A DNA stretch of 24,094 bases from Octopus sinensis (GCF_006345805.1 NW_021836469.1:1-24094), one strand, 5' to 3'. Counted from the stretch's first letter, positions 1 through 12,178 are shown. The notes: generated by a model from the letters alone, not told the origin. Program-made: numbers and translations.

Positions 1-850
1 AATTTTTCAATAATATTGAGATCTGGGGACTGTGGTGGCCAGATAAGATGTTCAACTTCACTAGAATGTTGCTCGTGCCATTCAGTAACAGCTTTAATGC
101 ATTATCATCCTGAAAGATTGCGTTTCCCTCCGGAAACAGTTCCGCAACCTTAGGATGAATTTGATCAGATAAAATGCTTAAATAGTCTTGACTATTAATT
201 CTGCCATGAAGGGAAATCATTGGGTCGGCGGATTTCCAAGATATAGCCCCTCTGATCATTACAGATCTTCCTCCATGTTTAACAGTTGGAAGAAGGCAAT
301 CTGGGTCAAATGCTTCTTTTGGCTGTCTCATCACGTATATTCGGCCGGAGTAGGAAATAAGGTAAAGATCACTCGTCCGAGAAAATAACATTCTTCCACT
401 GCTCTAGGACCAAATGTGTCGGTTTTTACGCCACTCTAAACGCTTTGCAACGTTTGCTTTTGAAATTAGTGGTTTTATGATTGCAAACCTCCCGTGATAT
501 CCTGCTTTGTGCATCTCCCGGCGAAGAGTTTCTGTGGAAAATGGGTTCTCGAGGTGGTCATTAAGCTCTGCAGTAATTTTGGGAGCTGTACTTTTGTGAT
601 CCTTTCCAACAATTCGCGGAAGAGTCCGACGATCCCTTACCTGAAAGATTTGGTTTTCTTCCGGAGTTGTTTCGACGAGGAGGTTTTTCCCTCTTTCTCA
701 AAGTCTGTCATTACTTTCGAGACAGTATTTCTTGATACATCAAACATTTCGGTGTTTTCGTTACGCGCTAGTGTCTGCTATACGAACACTAACAATTTGA
801 CCTCTTTAATTACCTTTTTTGCTTGTAGAATACCCAATTAATACACAAGT
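1..850 (-). mobile_element. Decayed Tc1-like DNA transposon (transposase pseudogene); runs off the window start
   Basis: Manual minus-strand translation across frameshifts and stops gives an N-terminal HTH (KRGQIV...FDVSRNTVSKVM; DRRTLPRIVGKDHKSTAPKITAELN), then KPLISKANVAKRLEW, VIFSDE, LPTVKHGGRSVMI, FQDDNA (98-115) and WPPQSPDLNIIE (6-41). These are Tc1 motifs. Terminal inverted repeat not identified; the right boundary is approximate. Confidence 0.92.
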
Positions 851-1017
851 GTAGGTTATTGCGTGGAAATTACACTACTGAGCATAATAAATGGGCGAGG
901 GTAACAAGTGGTTTTACCCTTAATTTATATGGCAAGAAGAATATGGAGGGAATCCAGAGGTAGTATGCATCAGCTGTTAGATATTATATTAAGTCTATTT
1001 ATTTAAAACAGTTCTGA

Positions 1018-1270
1018 GAGTATAGATGGGCTGGACACGTCGCCCGGCTCACCGATAATCGGTGGACGCACGCAGTTGTCGAATGGTACCCGCGTGAGCG
1101 GAAAAGACCACCCGGAAGACCTCCACGACGGTGGAATGACGATTTCAAGTGGACGATTGGGATCACGTGGATGAGAAAGGCGCGATCCAGAGAGGAGTGG
1201 ACAGCGTGCTGTGACCAGCGGTGTCAAATGGACGCCTGACGGACTGGTCGGTCAAAGTGATCAAAGTGAT
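1018..1270 (+). mobile_element. 5'-truncated RTE-clade LINE, 3' end
   Basis: 1024-1239 reads RWAGHVARLTDNRWTHAVVEWYPRERKRPPGRPPRRWNDD...QMDA*, matching the RWAGHV..R / GRP..RW.D C-terminus of RTE ORFs. It is followed by a short tandem tail (TCAAAGTGA)x2 at 1252-1269. Confidence 0.85.
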
Positions 1271-1485
1271 ATACATGTGTAAAGCACCAGTAATTTCTAG
1301 AATAGAGAAAGAAGAGCAGTTTCTTACAACTGTTTCTGCCAAGAGGTCACAGTACCCCACTTGCTATTTCCATCTTTTCAGTGCACTGTAGTGATCTGTA
1401 GTGGCGTAGCGATACAAATAACCAGGTGTTAGAACTCGATATACAAATGCTTCAGTGAAATAGTATTAGAAAGTTTGTGAAGAAC

Positions 1486-1955
1486 CTACAGGTGTCGATG
1501 AATGTTCGAATGACCAAATCCGAGCTTTCTTGCAAGTTCCTCAACAGTTACGATGAAATTTTGTTCCACCAGGATTTGCAGGACGTCCTCGTCGAGCTCT
1601 GCATATCTTCCAGGACGAGGCTGTAGTTTCCGGCTCGGAATTTCTGGAACCACCGTTGACTTACGCTTATTGTCCCACCCGCGTATACTGCATAAAATTT
1701 CCGTCGCGTTGTTGCCTTTATTGAACTCAAAAAAGTAAAATATGCCGAATATGCTCGTTGACACTTCCATTACAGCGTTGAAAAAATAAATGTTAAAATC
1801 GAACTGCACTCTTCAGAACTTGCACTAAGAATAAGCACAAGGTAAAATAACTGCCTGCTTTTATAGCAAGTGGATGCAGGTAGTTTGTGTCGTCCTCCTC
1901 CGACTTTGAGTTTATGCAATTGAAAAAACTGCATTATTTATGGGATGACCCAATA
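1486..1955 (-). mobile_element. Truncated mariner element (5' TIR plus transposase N-terminus)
   Basis: Minus strand starts TA-TTGGGTCATCCCATAAATAATGCAGTTTTTT, a mariner-like TIR (TA at 1954-55). ATG at 1770 gives a frameshifted MEVS.EHIRHILLFEFNKGNN...SQRWFQKFRAGNYSL...PRPGRYAELDEDVLQILVEQN..VTVEELARKLGFGHSNIHRHL (mariner bipartite HTH). No catalytic domain or 3' TIR seen. Confidence 0.88.
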
Positions 1956-1997
1956 TCCTGTTAATTTGTCTACGCGCATATGTCTGTCTATGTTTGC

Positions 1998-1998
<1 letters not shown>

Positions 1999-2089
<91 letters not shown>
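1999..2089. repeat. Compound (TG)n-(TA)n microsatellite
   Basis: Direct reading. Confidence 0.95.
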
Positions 2090-2091
<2 letters not shown>

Positions 2092-2314
2092 TTCGAAACG
2101 TAGAGTGAGATGAAACCATAGCGACTGAAGAAGGGGTTTTTTCTTTGCGTTAATTGTCCTGTACTCTATTTTTGTTGTTAAAAAAATGTCCAGTTCCTTT
2201 GGTTTGTGTCTATGTTTTCGTTTCTCATTGTGTTCGACGTCCTTTGGTGTCCTGTACTCATATATGCGTGTATAAATACATGTAGAGGTAGGTAACGTAC
2301 ATATATGTTTATAT

Positions 2315-2329
2315 ATATGCATATGATTG

Positions 2330-2378
<49 letters not shown>

Positions 2379-2525
2379 GCAAATACATACGCGGGCACAC
2401 ACAAATGGTAAGAATGAAGCAGACATATGCTTCTCTGCTGTTGCTACTACTACCGCGGCTACTGCTGCTACTACAACTGCGGCTATTGCTGCTGCTGCTG
2501 ATGCTGTTTCTGCTGCTGTAACTTA
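2315..2525. repeat. (TA)n tract followed by degenerate (CTG/CTA)n tract
   Basis: Direct reading: TA at about 2335-2375, CTG/CTA at about 2430-2525. Confidence 0.9.
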
Positions 2526-2625
2526 CTGACATACAATGAAAACACCTGTCCTATTACAATAGCCGTTCCGTGTCCAACTCACGTGTCAGACACCGCTATT
2601 AGTTAACAGTGGAATGTTTGGTAGC

Positions 2626-3021
2626 ATGTGTATGTATGTATGTATGTATGTACGTATGTATGTATGCATGTATGTATGTATGTATGTAAGCATTATGTAT
2701 GTATGCATGTATGTATGCATGTATGTGTGTGTGTATGTATGCATGCATGTATGTATGTATGTATGTATGCATGTATGTATGTAAGCATTATGTATGTATG
2801 CTTGTATATATGCTTGTATGTATGTCTATTTTCTGCATGCATGCATACGTAAATATCTGAGTATGTATGTATTTATGTTTTATGTATGTATTTATGTATA
2901 CACATGTATACATACAACACACACACTCATATGTATATGAGTATATTGTATATATATTATATATATTATATATATATATGAGTATATATATATATATGAG
3001 TTATATATATATATATATATA

Positions 3022-3099
<78 letters not shown>
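2626..3099. repeat. (ATGT)n tract and (TA)n tract
   Basis: ATGT at about 2626-2850; TA at about 2945-3099, abutting the maT element. Confidence 0.93.
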
Positions 3100-3103
<4 letters not shown>

Positions 3104-4345
3104 GCGGTGAATAAATTGTCGTCTAATTACGCAAAAATGTAAATAACACAGACATCTTAATTTTAACAGATATATTAACAAAAATTACATAAAAATATCT
3201 TGAAATATTAATGAGTAAATTTATTCAATAAAATCGCCGTTTGCTTCAACTACGGCCTCCAGACGACTTCAGAATCTCCTGCAACTCTTCTGGACAGTCT
3301 CCTTGTTTAAGTTGATGAATGCTGCCATAATCCTTGCCTTTAGTCCATCTTTTTTGTTACAAGGAGTTTTGTTGGTCTCTTGCTCAACTGGACCTCACAC
3401 GTAATAATCAAGGAGGTTGGAGTTTGGGGAGTTAGCTGGCCAGATGTTAGGGGTGATGTGGTCGCAGAAAATGTCTGACAGCCATGACTGGGTTCTCCTA
3501 CTTGTGAGACATGGTGCATGGCCCTGACGCCAGACATAGGGTCTTCTAGATACCACCCTTTTGACCCAGGGCAGCACTACCTCTTATAGGCTCTTAAGCC
3601 TCCGTGTTGAGTTTGAGGCCGGGTAAGAAGATGAATAGAGGCATGACGTCGCCATCACTAGCAATCATTTCTAACACCATGATATTGACTGGATGTTTGA
3701 TTTTTATCACTCTCGATATATGTTTTGGGGACATGGCAAGCCAACGGTTGTTCTGTGTGTTCACCATCTGATCCTGGCAGAAATTTTTCTCCTCTACGAA
3801 AAACCAAAGCATATTCAGTTGGAGGAGATGATTGAATTTGTTCAAAAGCGCAGTCTTTCCTCTTGTCCTTGATGGCGTCGGATAAAAAGTGGCCCTTTCT
3901 CGTCTTGTACAAGGAATACCAAATATGTTCATGCACTGATTAAAAACTCAGACATTCTTACGTCCCTGGCGATGGACCTGATTGATTTGAAGGGATCGAT
4001 GTCAATCATGGCCTGGATCTCACCAATAAATTGAGGAATTCTTTTCTTATCAGAACGATCAGAATGAGTTTTCCGAGCAGCCGTATCTCCGTAATCACCT
4101 TTAGACTCACCCAATTCTTTCTGAATCCTCTACACTGTCCTCAGATTGACACCCAAACGCTCTGAATGCCAAGCAGTACATGTCGTTTCCAAAATTCTGG
4201 CAGAGTGAACTGCATTATTGTACTGCTTTTCTCACTGACGGTGCCCTACTGACCCTACTATACTGTGTAGTCTACAAAATCAAAAACAAACAATGCACAT
4301 GCGCCAAATTAATATGGCGATATAATATGGTGACAATTTACCTGT
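3100..4345 (-). mobile_element. Decayed maT (DD37D) Tc1/mariner transposon, near full length
   Basis: Minus-strand fragments: GVNLRTV*RIQKEL; KSIRSIARDVRMSEFLI; WFFVEEKNFCQDQMVNTQNNRWL; VWRQGHAPCLTSRRTQSWL...WPANSPNSNLLDYYV; RLEAVVEANGDFIE* (stop 3221-3223). I count 37 residues between the second catalytic position (QD mutated to QG) and the D of LDY. A 9-bp inverted core TAAATTGTC is at 3112-3120 and 4332-4340. Confidence 0.88.
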
Positions 4346-4485
4346 GAACTACGTTAAGGGCACGCGTGTCTGTGGAGTACTCAGCCATTTGCACGTTAAT
4401 TTAACGAGCAAGTTGTTCTGTGGATCGGACCAACTGAAATACTCGTCGTCGTAACCGACAGAGTGCCGGCTTTTTTTTCTTTTTT
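4346..4485. repeat. Possible fragment of an unclassified dispersed repeat ending in a T-rich tract
   Basis: Replaces the expected outer TIR of the maT element. The sequence GTGGAGTACTCAGCCA..GCACGTTAATTT..CGAGCA looks like a repeat I recall from octopus DNA, but there is only one copy here. Confidence 0.35.
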
Positions 4486-4515
4486 GGAATAGACGGCCAG
4501 TATTCTTTATTTTCA

Positions 4516-4650
4516 AGGCAGTGAGCTATCAGAATTGTTAGTGCGTCGGACAAAATGTTTAACGGTATTCTCTCTGCTTCTTTACGTTGTGAGTTCGAAT
4601 CCTGCCGAGGTCAGCTTTGCTTCCCACCCTCCGGAAAGTCGACGAACTAA
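4516..4650 (+). mobile_element. tRNA-headed SINE family A, degenerate 5' part
   Basis: Aligns by eye to the 13016-13244 copy (AGGCAGTGAGCTATCAGAATTGTTAG...GAGTTCGAATCCTGCCGAGGTCAGCTTTGC); box B-like GAGTTCGAATCC. Confidence 0.75.
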
Positions 4651-4692
4651 TATATCAGTCAAGCACAATATTTATGAATAATTATATATATA

Positions 4693-4732
<40 letters not shown>

Positions 4733-4802
4733 CATACACGCACATACACACATATGTGTGTGTGTGAGCAACGTTTATGGAAACTGTAAATAACTTATAC
4801 TG

Positions 4803-5253
4803 TTTTACTCTTTTATTTGTTTCAGTCATTTGTCTGCGGCCATGCTGGAGCACCACCTTTAGTCGAGCAAATCGACCCCAGGACTTATTCTTTGTAAGCC
4901 TAGTACTTTTGCTATCGGTCTCATTTGCCGAAACGCTAAGTTACGGGGGGCGTAAACACACCAGCATCGGTTGTCAAGCGATGTTGGTGGGAGTGGGTAA
5001 CAAACACAGACACACATACACACACACATATATATATATATTTCTTTACTGCCCACAAGGGGCTAAACATAGAGGGGACAAACAAGGACAGACAAAGGGA
5101 TTAAGTCGATTACATCGACCCCAGTGCGAAACTGGTACTTTATTTATCGATCCCGATAGGATGAAAGGCAAAGTCGACCTCTCTCTCACACACACACACA
5201 CACACACTCACACGCACGCGCGCACACACAGACAGACAGACAGACACACACAT

Positions 5254-5294
<41 letters not shown>

Positions 5295-5450
5295 ACATAT
5301 ATACGACGGACTTTTTTCAGTTTCTATCTACCAAATCCACTCACAAGGCTTTGGTCGGCCCGAGGCTATAGCAGAAGACACTTGCCCAAGGTGCCACGCA
5401 ATGGGACTGAACCCGGAACCATGTGGTTGGTAAGCAAGCTACTTACACAT
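4803..5450 (-). mobile_element. tRNA-headed SINE family B (bipartite, internal CA/TA microsatellite), carrying a nested family A copy
   Basis: Same two arms as 10507-11076. Head on the minus strand: box B-like GGTTCAGTCC followed by GCACCTTGGGCAAGTGTCTT (resembles the CORE-SINE core). 3' arm CAGTCATTTG.CTGCGGCCATGCTGGAGCACC on the + strand. Confidence 0.85.
5039..5181 (-). mobile_element. SINE family A (tail type 1), 5'-truncated, nested in SINE B
   Basis: Reverse complement of the 3' half of 13016-13244 (GAGGTCGACTTTGCCTTTCATCC...AAAGAAATA). Confidence 0.92.
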
Positions 5451-5454
5451 TTTC

Positions 5455-5463
5455 TCCCTCCTT

Positions 5464-5503
<40 letters not shown>

Positions 5504-5530
5504 ACCCTCTCTCTCTTCCTTTCCCTTCTA
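5455..5530. repeat. (TC)n microsatellite
   Basis: Direct reading. Confidence 0.92.
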
Positions 5531-5659
5531 CTTCTTTCACTCTCTCACAAACATGCGCACAGGCATAATTATCGTCATCAACATCTTCATTATCACCACA
5601 AAGGCAGGTGCCACTATCAACAACACAACCAACGGTTCTATCCCCACCATTATGAACAC

Positions 5660-6251
5660 CCCCACCACCCCCACCGCAGCCGCCGCCACCATACCAGCAC
5701 CACAACCTCCACCACAACCTCCACCACCACCAACTCCACCGCCACCACCACCGCCACTATACCAGCACCACAACCTCCACCACACTACCTCCACCACCAA
5801 CAACTCCACCGCCACCACCACCGCCGCCGCCACCATACCAGCACCACAACCTCCACCACCACCACCACCAACTCCACCGCCACCACCACCGCCGCCGCCG
5901 CCACCATACCAGCACCACAACCTCCACCACACTACCTCCACCACCACCAACTCCACCGCCACCACCACCGCCGGCGCCGCCACCATACCAGCACCACAAT
6001 ATCCACCAAACTACCTCCACCACCAACAGCTCCACCGCCACACACACCACCGCCACCCCACCGCCACCACCACCGCCACCGCCACCACCACCGCCACCAC
6101 CACCGCCGCTGCCGCCGCCATACCAGCACCACAACCTTCACTAAACTACCTACACCACCACCACCAACTCCACCGTCACCACCACCGCCGCCGCCACCAT
6201 ACCAGCACCACAACCTCCAACACACTACCTCCATCACCACCACCAACTCCA

Positions 6252-6283
<32 letters not shown>

Positions 6284-6400
6284 ACCATACCAGCACCATA
6301 ACCTCCACCACACTACCTCCACCAAACTACTTCCACCACCACCACTACCACCGCCGTCGCCGCCGCCACCACCATACCAGTATCACAACCGCAAACACTA
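5660..6400. repeat. Compound CCA/CCG-rich minisatellite, 9 units of about 68-88 bp (one 135 bp)
   Basis: Anchor ATACCAGCACCACAAC (or a close variant) at 5691, 5759, 5835, 5906, 5985, 6120, 6199, 6287 and 6374. Confidence 0.9.
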
Positions 6401-6825
6401 ACTCCTCCATCAAGAATACCACCATTTCAACCATTATTATCACCACCATCGCTAACACCTGTAGCAACACCCACCATCGCCACCATCACTACCAACGCCA
6501 CCACCATCACCAGTGCCTTCACCACTAACGCTACCAGAAGCACCAAAAACTCCACCACTACCACCACCACCATTGCCACCACAACCGACGCTACCAACAC
6601 CTCCACCACCACTACCAACACACTCACCACCATCGCTGCAATCACGAACAACGTCATTATCCTCACCCCCTACACCGTCACCGCTTCTATCACCGCCACC
6701 CCTTCTATCACTGCCACCCCCTCAACCACTACCACCCCCTCTATCACCGCCATCCCCTCTATCACCACCATCCCTTCTATCACCGCCGCGTCACCACCAC
6801 CACCACCACTACCATCACCACTGAA
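6401..6825. repeat. Degenerate (ACC/ACT)n low-complexity tract with an ~18-bp CTATCACCGCCACCCCT repeat (about 5 copies, 6685-6790)
   Basis: Direct reading. Confidence 0.8.
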
Positions 6826-6869
6826 TGCATAATTTCCCATAATTCCATTATCACTTGTTTGCGTCGACT

Positions 6870-7832
6870 ATTTTCACCTGTATTAAATACTCAGTACCTA
6901 TCAGTGGTTACCTAAAACTATAGTTCCACATACATATCAGTACACACCTGTTTGAACCTGCACAGACCAGTAAATACCTGTGCATTCAACTGTACATACT
7001 ATGCGAAACATATAATATCTAGCACACCTGAACACACCTTTACACAAACTACTCTATTGCAGTAATATAAGACCTGTATGCATTAGATACTCACCTGTTC
7101 TCATTTCCACAAACATTAGTATATATATTATACTACAATACACATGTGCACACCGGCATTCCACTCTACACTCCTTTACAATCCTCTGTACCTGTATACA
7201 CCTGTATACACTTCTCCACGTATACACATACCTTTATACACATCAGCGTAATCTTACACGACAGACATTACGACACCTGTATGTACCTCTGCATACGTGC
7301 ATGCGATTCTACACTCCTTTACAGCTCTTTATACCTGTATATACTTGTATACATCTGAACACACCTGCATACGATTCAACACTCCTTCACAACACCTCTA
7401 TACCTGTGCATACTTCTACACGCATACACATACCTTTATACATATCAGCATGCATCTTACACAGAAGACACATTATGACACCTTTATACACCTGTGCACA
7501 CGTGCATACGATATACACTCCTTTACTACCCTGCATACCTGTATATAATTCCATGCGTGTTTACATACTTTTACACACATCAACGCACATCGTACGCTAC
7601 AGTACAATATTACACCTGTATGCACTTGTATACACCTGTTCACACCTGAACACGATTCAACGCTCCTTCACAATCCTCTATACTTGTACATACCTCTACG
7701 CATATTTATATACCTTTAAACACATCGTACGCTACAATACACTTTTACTCTTGTATACACCAGCATAAACCTGCATACAATTCTTCACACCTTTACAATC
7801 TCTCTACTACCTATATACACTTCTACACATAA

Positions 7833-7887
<55 letters not shown>

Positions 7888-8700
7888 GTGTAATAAATAA
7901 AATATATGCATACATACAAACATATATGTACGTACCGACATCTACATGTATATATAAATTATATATATATATATATATACCGTTATACACAGCAACACAT
8001 CTTACACTAAAGAAACATTACGACACCTGTATACACCTGTATATAGTTGAGCACACGTGCTTACGATTCCACACTCCTTTACAGCCCTCTGTACTATATC
8101 TATTTATACTTCTACACACAGCAGCGCACATCGTTCACAACAGTACATTAATATACCTGTAAATAAGGCGGCGAATTGGCAGAATGGTTAGCACGCTGGA
8201 CGAAATGCTTAGCGGTATTTCACCTATCGCTATGTTCTGAGTTCAAGTTCCGCCGAGGTCGACTATGCCTTTCATCCTTTCGGGGTCGATAAGATAAGTA
8301 CCAGTTGAACATTGGGGTCAATGTAATCGACTCATCTCCACCTCCCCCAAGCTGCCCTTGTGGCAAAAATTTGAAATAATTAATACTTTTACACATATTG
8401 TACGCTACAGTATATTATTACACCTGCACGCACTTCTACACACCTGTACACACCTGCGTTCGATTCTAAACTTCTTTACAACCACCTTTACCTGTACACA
8501 CTTCTACATGTACTTCCATATCTTTACACATGTCAACGCACATCTTACGCTACAGTACCACGCTTGTATACACCTGTACACAATTGTACACACGTGTGTA
8601 CGAATCCACACTCTTTTGGAACCCTCTTTAAACATTTCTGTTCACCTTACTCTGCAATACATTATAACATTTGTACCTCAATACCTGTACACGCGTCTAT
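6870..8700. repeat. Old degenerate tandem repeat of about 125-145 bp built from TACACCTGTA-like subunits
   Basis: Anchor (CGATTC)..ACACTCCTTTACA recurs near 7170, 7313, 7381, 7517, 7662, 7787, 8073, 8465 and 8606. Interrupted by a microsatellite (7828-7980) and a SINE (8166-8380). Confidence 0.75.
8166..8380 (+). mobile_element. SINE family A (tail type 2), full length
   Basis: AGGCGGCGAATTGGCAGAATGGTTAGCAC (box A-like)...GAGTTCAAGTTCC (box B-like)...GTCGACTATGCCTTTCATCCTTTCGGGGTCGATAA...CCTTGTGGCAAAAATTTGAAA. Confidence 0.92.
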
Positions 8701-8764
8701 TCCCTTATGCATACTTTAATACGAATCTGTATAATATATATACACATCTTTCTTTCTCACTACA

Positions 8765-8942
<178 letters not shown>

Positions 8943-9049
8943 TTTGATTGTCTACCTGGATTTCTCTCTCTTTCTCCCTCTCACTCTATCTATGTATATA
9001 TCTAGTTGTATGTGTATATACATAATTATACATATATGTGTGCGTACAT

Positions 9050-9101
9050 TTTTTTCTTTCCAGTTTCAGCTCAGAGCTGCGGCCATGCTGGTGCACTGCC
9101 G
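9050..9101 (-). mobile_element. SINE family B 3'-terminal fragment
   Basis: GTTTCAGCTCAGAGCTGCGGCCATGCTGGTGCACTGCC matches the arm at 4818-4856 and 10520-10560. Confidence 0.6.
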
Positions 9102-9104
9102 TTA

Positions 9105-9501
9105 TATGTGTGTGTGTGTGTGTACATATATATATACACATCAATACATACATACACACACAGACACACACATATATACACACATATATACACACATATA
9201 AATATATGCACATACATTTCTATATACATAAATGTTCCTTCATACATCTTAAAAAGTACAGTAAGATATAATACATGTAAATTTCTCGTTACCCCCTCCT
9301 CCTTCTCTCTCTCTGTGGTGTGTGTGCGTGTGTGTGCGTGTGTGCGTGTGTGTGTGTGTGTGTGTGTGCGTGTGTGTGTGTTTACCTTTCATTTGTTCCT
9401 CAGAGTGAAAACATGAAATGTTAATGTGAGGCTTGACTGTCACGCACTCGACATTCCAATTATCGCAGACGAACACTATAGCCAGCACCATAACCATCAT
9501 A

Positions 9502-9551
<50 letters not shown>

Positions 9552-10020
9552 ACCACCACCACCACCACTGCCACCACTATAACCATCACGATCAACCAAT
9601 ACCAGCAATATCACGTCTCTGACACTACGGCGACGACCACAACACACACACACACACACACGCACACACACACGCACACACTCACACGCACACACTCACA
9701 CACACATGTATATACACACATGCAAGTACATTTATATACATATATACATATATATATACAAATACAATCATACATATATTATATATACACACATTATAAA
9801 ACAAATAAAAGTGCGCGAGTATATATATGCATATGTACGTGTATGTGTGTGCGTGTCTATATTTTGTCCGTGTGTATGTATTTACAAATATACATGTATG
9901 TGTGTGTGTGTGTGTGTGTGCGTGTGAGTGTATGCATGTGCGTATATAAATGTAGTTATAAATATGTATATTATATATAGAAACATACACATACATGTAT
10001 ACTAAATAAATATATATAAA
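9105..10020. repeat. Microsatellite field: (GT)n, (CA)n, (TA)n, (TAC)n, (CAC)n
   Basis: Direct reading; interspersed with short unique spacers. Confidence 0.88.
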
Positions 10021-10021
10021 T

Positions 10022-10260
10022 GCGCCCTTTTAAAGCCTAGCCAGGCTCATGGGCCCCGTTTCCCAGTTTCTATGGCGTATGTGTTCCCCATCTGGACGGG
10101 ACGCCAGTCCATCGCAGCGTTACTCATTTTTGCCAGCTGAGGGGATTGGAGCAACGTGAAATGAAGTGTTTTGCTCAAGAACACAACGCGTCGCCCGGTT
10201 CAGGAATCGAAACCACAATCTTACGATCATGGTGCTGACACCCTAACCACTAAGCCACGC
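10022..10260 (-). mobile_element. tRNA-headed SINE family C, full length
   Basis: Minus strand: GCGTGGCTTAGTGGTTAGGG (box A-like), GGTTTCGATTCC (box B-like), GTTGTGTTCTTGAGCAAAACACTT, GCGATGGACTGGCGTCCCGTCCAG. A second copy is at 17280-17524. Confidence 0.88.
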
Positions 10261-10506
10261 ATACACACAAACACGTGTGTGCAAGTGAACTTAAAGAAAT
10301 TGTTTTCGAAGTTTCCTTATACATATATAAGTACATATATGTGCGTGTATATGCTTGCGTGTATGCGCGTGTGTTGTGTTGTGTGTGGTGTATGTGTGTG
10401 TGTGTGTGTGAGTGCGCATGAACCTACTCTCACCTGTATAAAATCACTTTGTCATTGATTGTGCAAAAAAAAACACAATTTCTTTAGTTCAGTTGTCTTT
10501 TCTTTT

Positions 10507-11076
10507 TTTTACTTTTATTTGTTTCAGTCATTTGACTCCGGCCATGCTGGAGCACCGCCTTTCAGTCAAACAAATCGATCCCAGGACTTATTCTTTGTAA
10601 GCCTAGTACTTATTCTATTAATCACTTTGGTTGAACAACTTTGGTTGAACCGCTAAGTTACAGTTGTCAAGCACAGACACACAATATATAGATATCTATA
10701 TAGCTATATATATCTGTGTGTTACGTTCTGAGTTCAAATTCCGCCGAGGTCGACTTTGCCTTTCATCCTCTCGGGGTCGATAAATTAAGTACCAGTTACG
10801 CACTGGGGTCGATGTAATCGACTTAATACCTATGTCTGTCCTTGTTTGTCCCCTCTGTGTTTAGCCCCTTGTGGATAGTAAAGAAATAAATATATCTGTG
10901 TGTGTATATGACGGGCTTCTTTCAGTTTCCGTCTACCAAATCCACCCACAAGGCTTTGGTCGGCCCGAGGCTATAGCAGAAGATACTTGCCCTCGGTGTC
11001 ATGAAGTGGAACTGAACCCGGAACCATGTGGTTGGGAAGCACAAGCTTCTTACCACACGGCCGCCACTGCTGCACC
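10507..11076 (-). mobile_element. SINE family B with nested family A copy
   Basis: Both arms match 4803-5450. Contains a local CTTTGGTTGAAC duplication at about 10625-10650. Confidence 0.88.
10721..10889 (+). mobile_element. SINE family A (tail type 1), 5'-truncated, with 13-bp target-site duplication
   Basis: Near-identical to 13077-13244. ATATATCTGTGTG at 10708-10720 and 10890-10902. Confidence 0.93.
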
Positions 11077-11189
11077 TCGGTACTAAGGTATTCCTTTATT
11101 CCTTTGTTTTGTTTGTTTACCTGTGTCTCTTGTCCTTTTCTTATCAAGGTGAGACACACCAACAACCGCACAACAGGTAACACGTGAAC

Positions 11190-12119
11190 ACCACCATCAC
11201 CACTACCACCACCACCACCACCTCCAACACCAACAACAGTGACAACGACGACGACGACGACGACGATGACAAGGCAGAGTAATAGGAGTAGGAGGAAAGG
11301 AGGAGTAGAAGGAGTAGAAGGTGCAGTAGGAGTACAAAGGCAGGCGTGAAGACCACGACTGGAATCTGGGGTAAGGCAAACGAATTATATTCTTTAACAG
11401 AAGCGTTGATTGTTATTATTATTATTATTGATGTTGTTGTTGTTGTTGTTGTTGGTGATGCTTGTTGTTCTTGTTGTTTAGAGCCAGGTTAGTCTTTGCT
11501 GAACATTTTGTTGTTGTTGTTGTTCTTGTTGTGGTTGTATGTTTGCGTGTGTGTGTGCGCGCGTGCTATTCGTGTTTTGCACGCGCACGCTGATGTATGC
11601 GCGCGCGCGTGTGTGTGTGTGTGTGTGTGTGCATATGTATTAATATATATATATATATATATAATTATATATATATATAGATATATATATATGTAGGTCC
11701 CGGGATTTCTCTTGATGAAACAGTTCTAGTCCTGTAGAAGCTCCTTCTATATAATAAATAAATATATATATATATATGCGTGTATGTGTGTTTGTGTGTG
11801 TTTGTGCGCATGAGTGTGTATATATAAGAATATATATGAATATATATATATATGCAAATATATATATGATGATGATGATGATTTGATGATTTTGATGTAT
11901 ATATATATGCATATATATATACATATATATGTATATATATATGTATATATATATTCATATACTTATATACATACACATATATGCATACATACACATATAT
12001 GCATACATACACACACACACACACACATAAATATATATATGTATATATATATTTATATACTTATATACATACACATATATGCACATACACACACACATAT
12101 ATATAATATATATATACAC

Positions 12120-12178
<59 letters not shown>

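Noticed and set aside
5382-6401. 339-aa extensin/formin-like proline-rich protein
   Set aside because: Starts on a non-ATG codon inside a SINE, crosses a (TC)n tract, and alternative frames on both strands are equally open. Kept only as a repeat finding.
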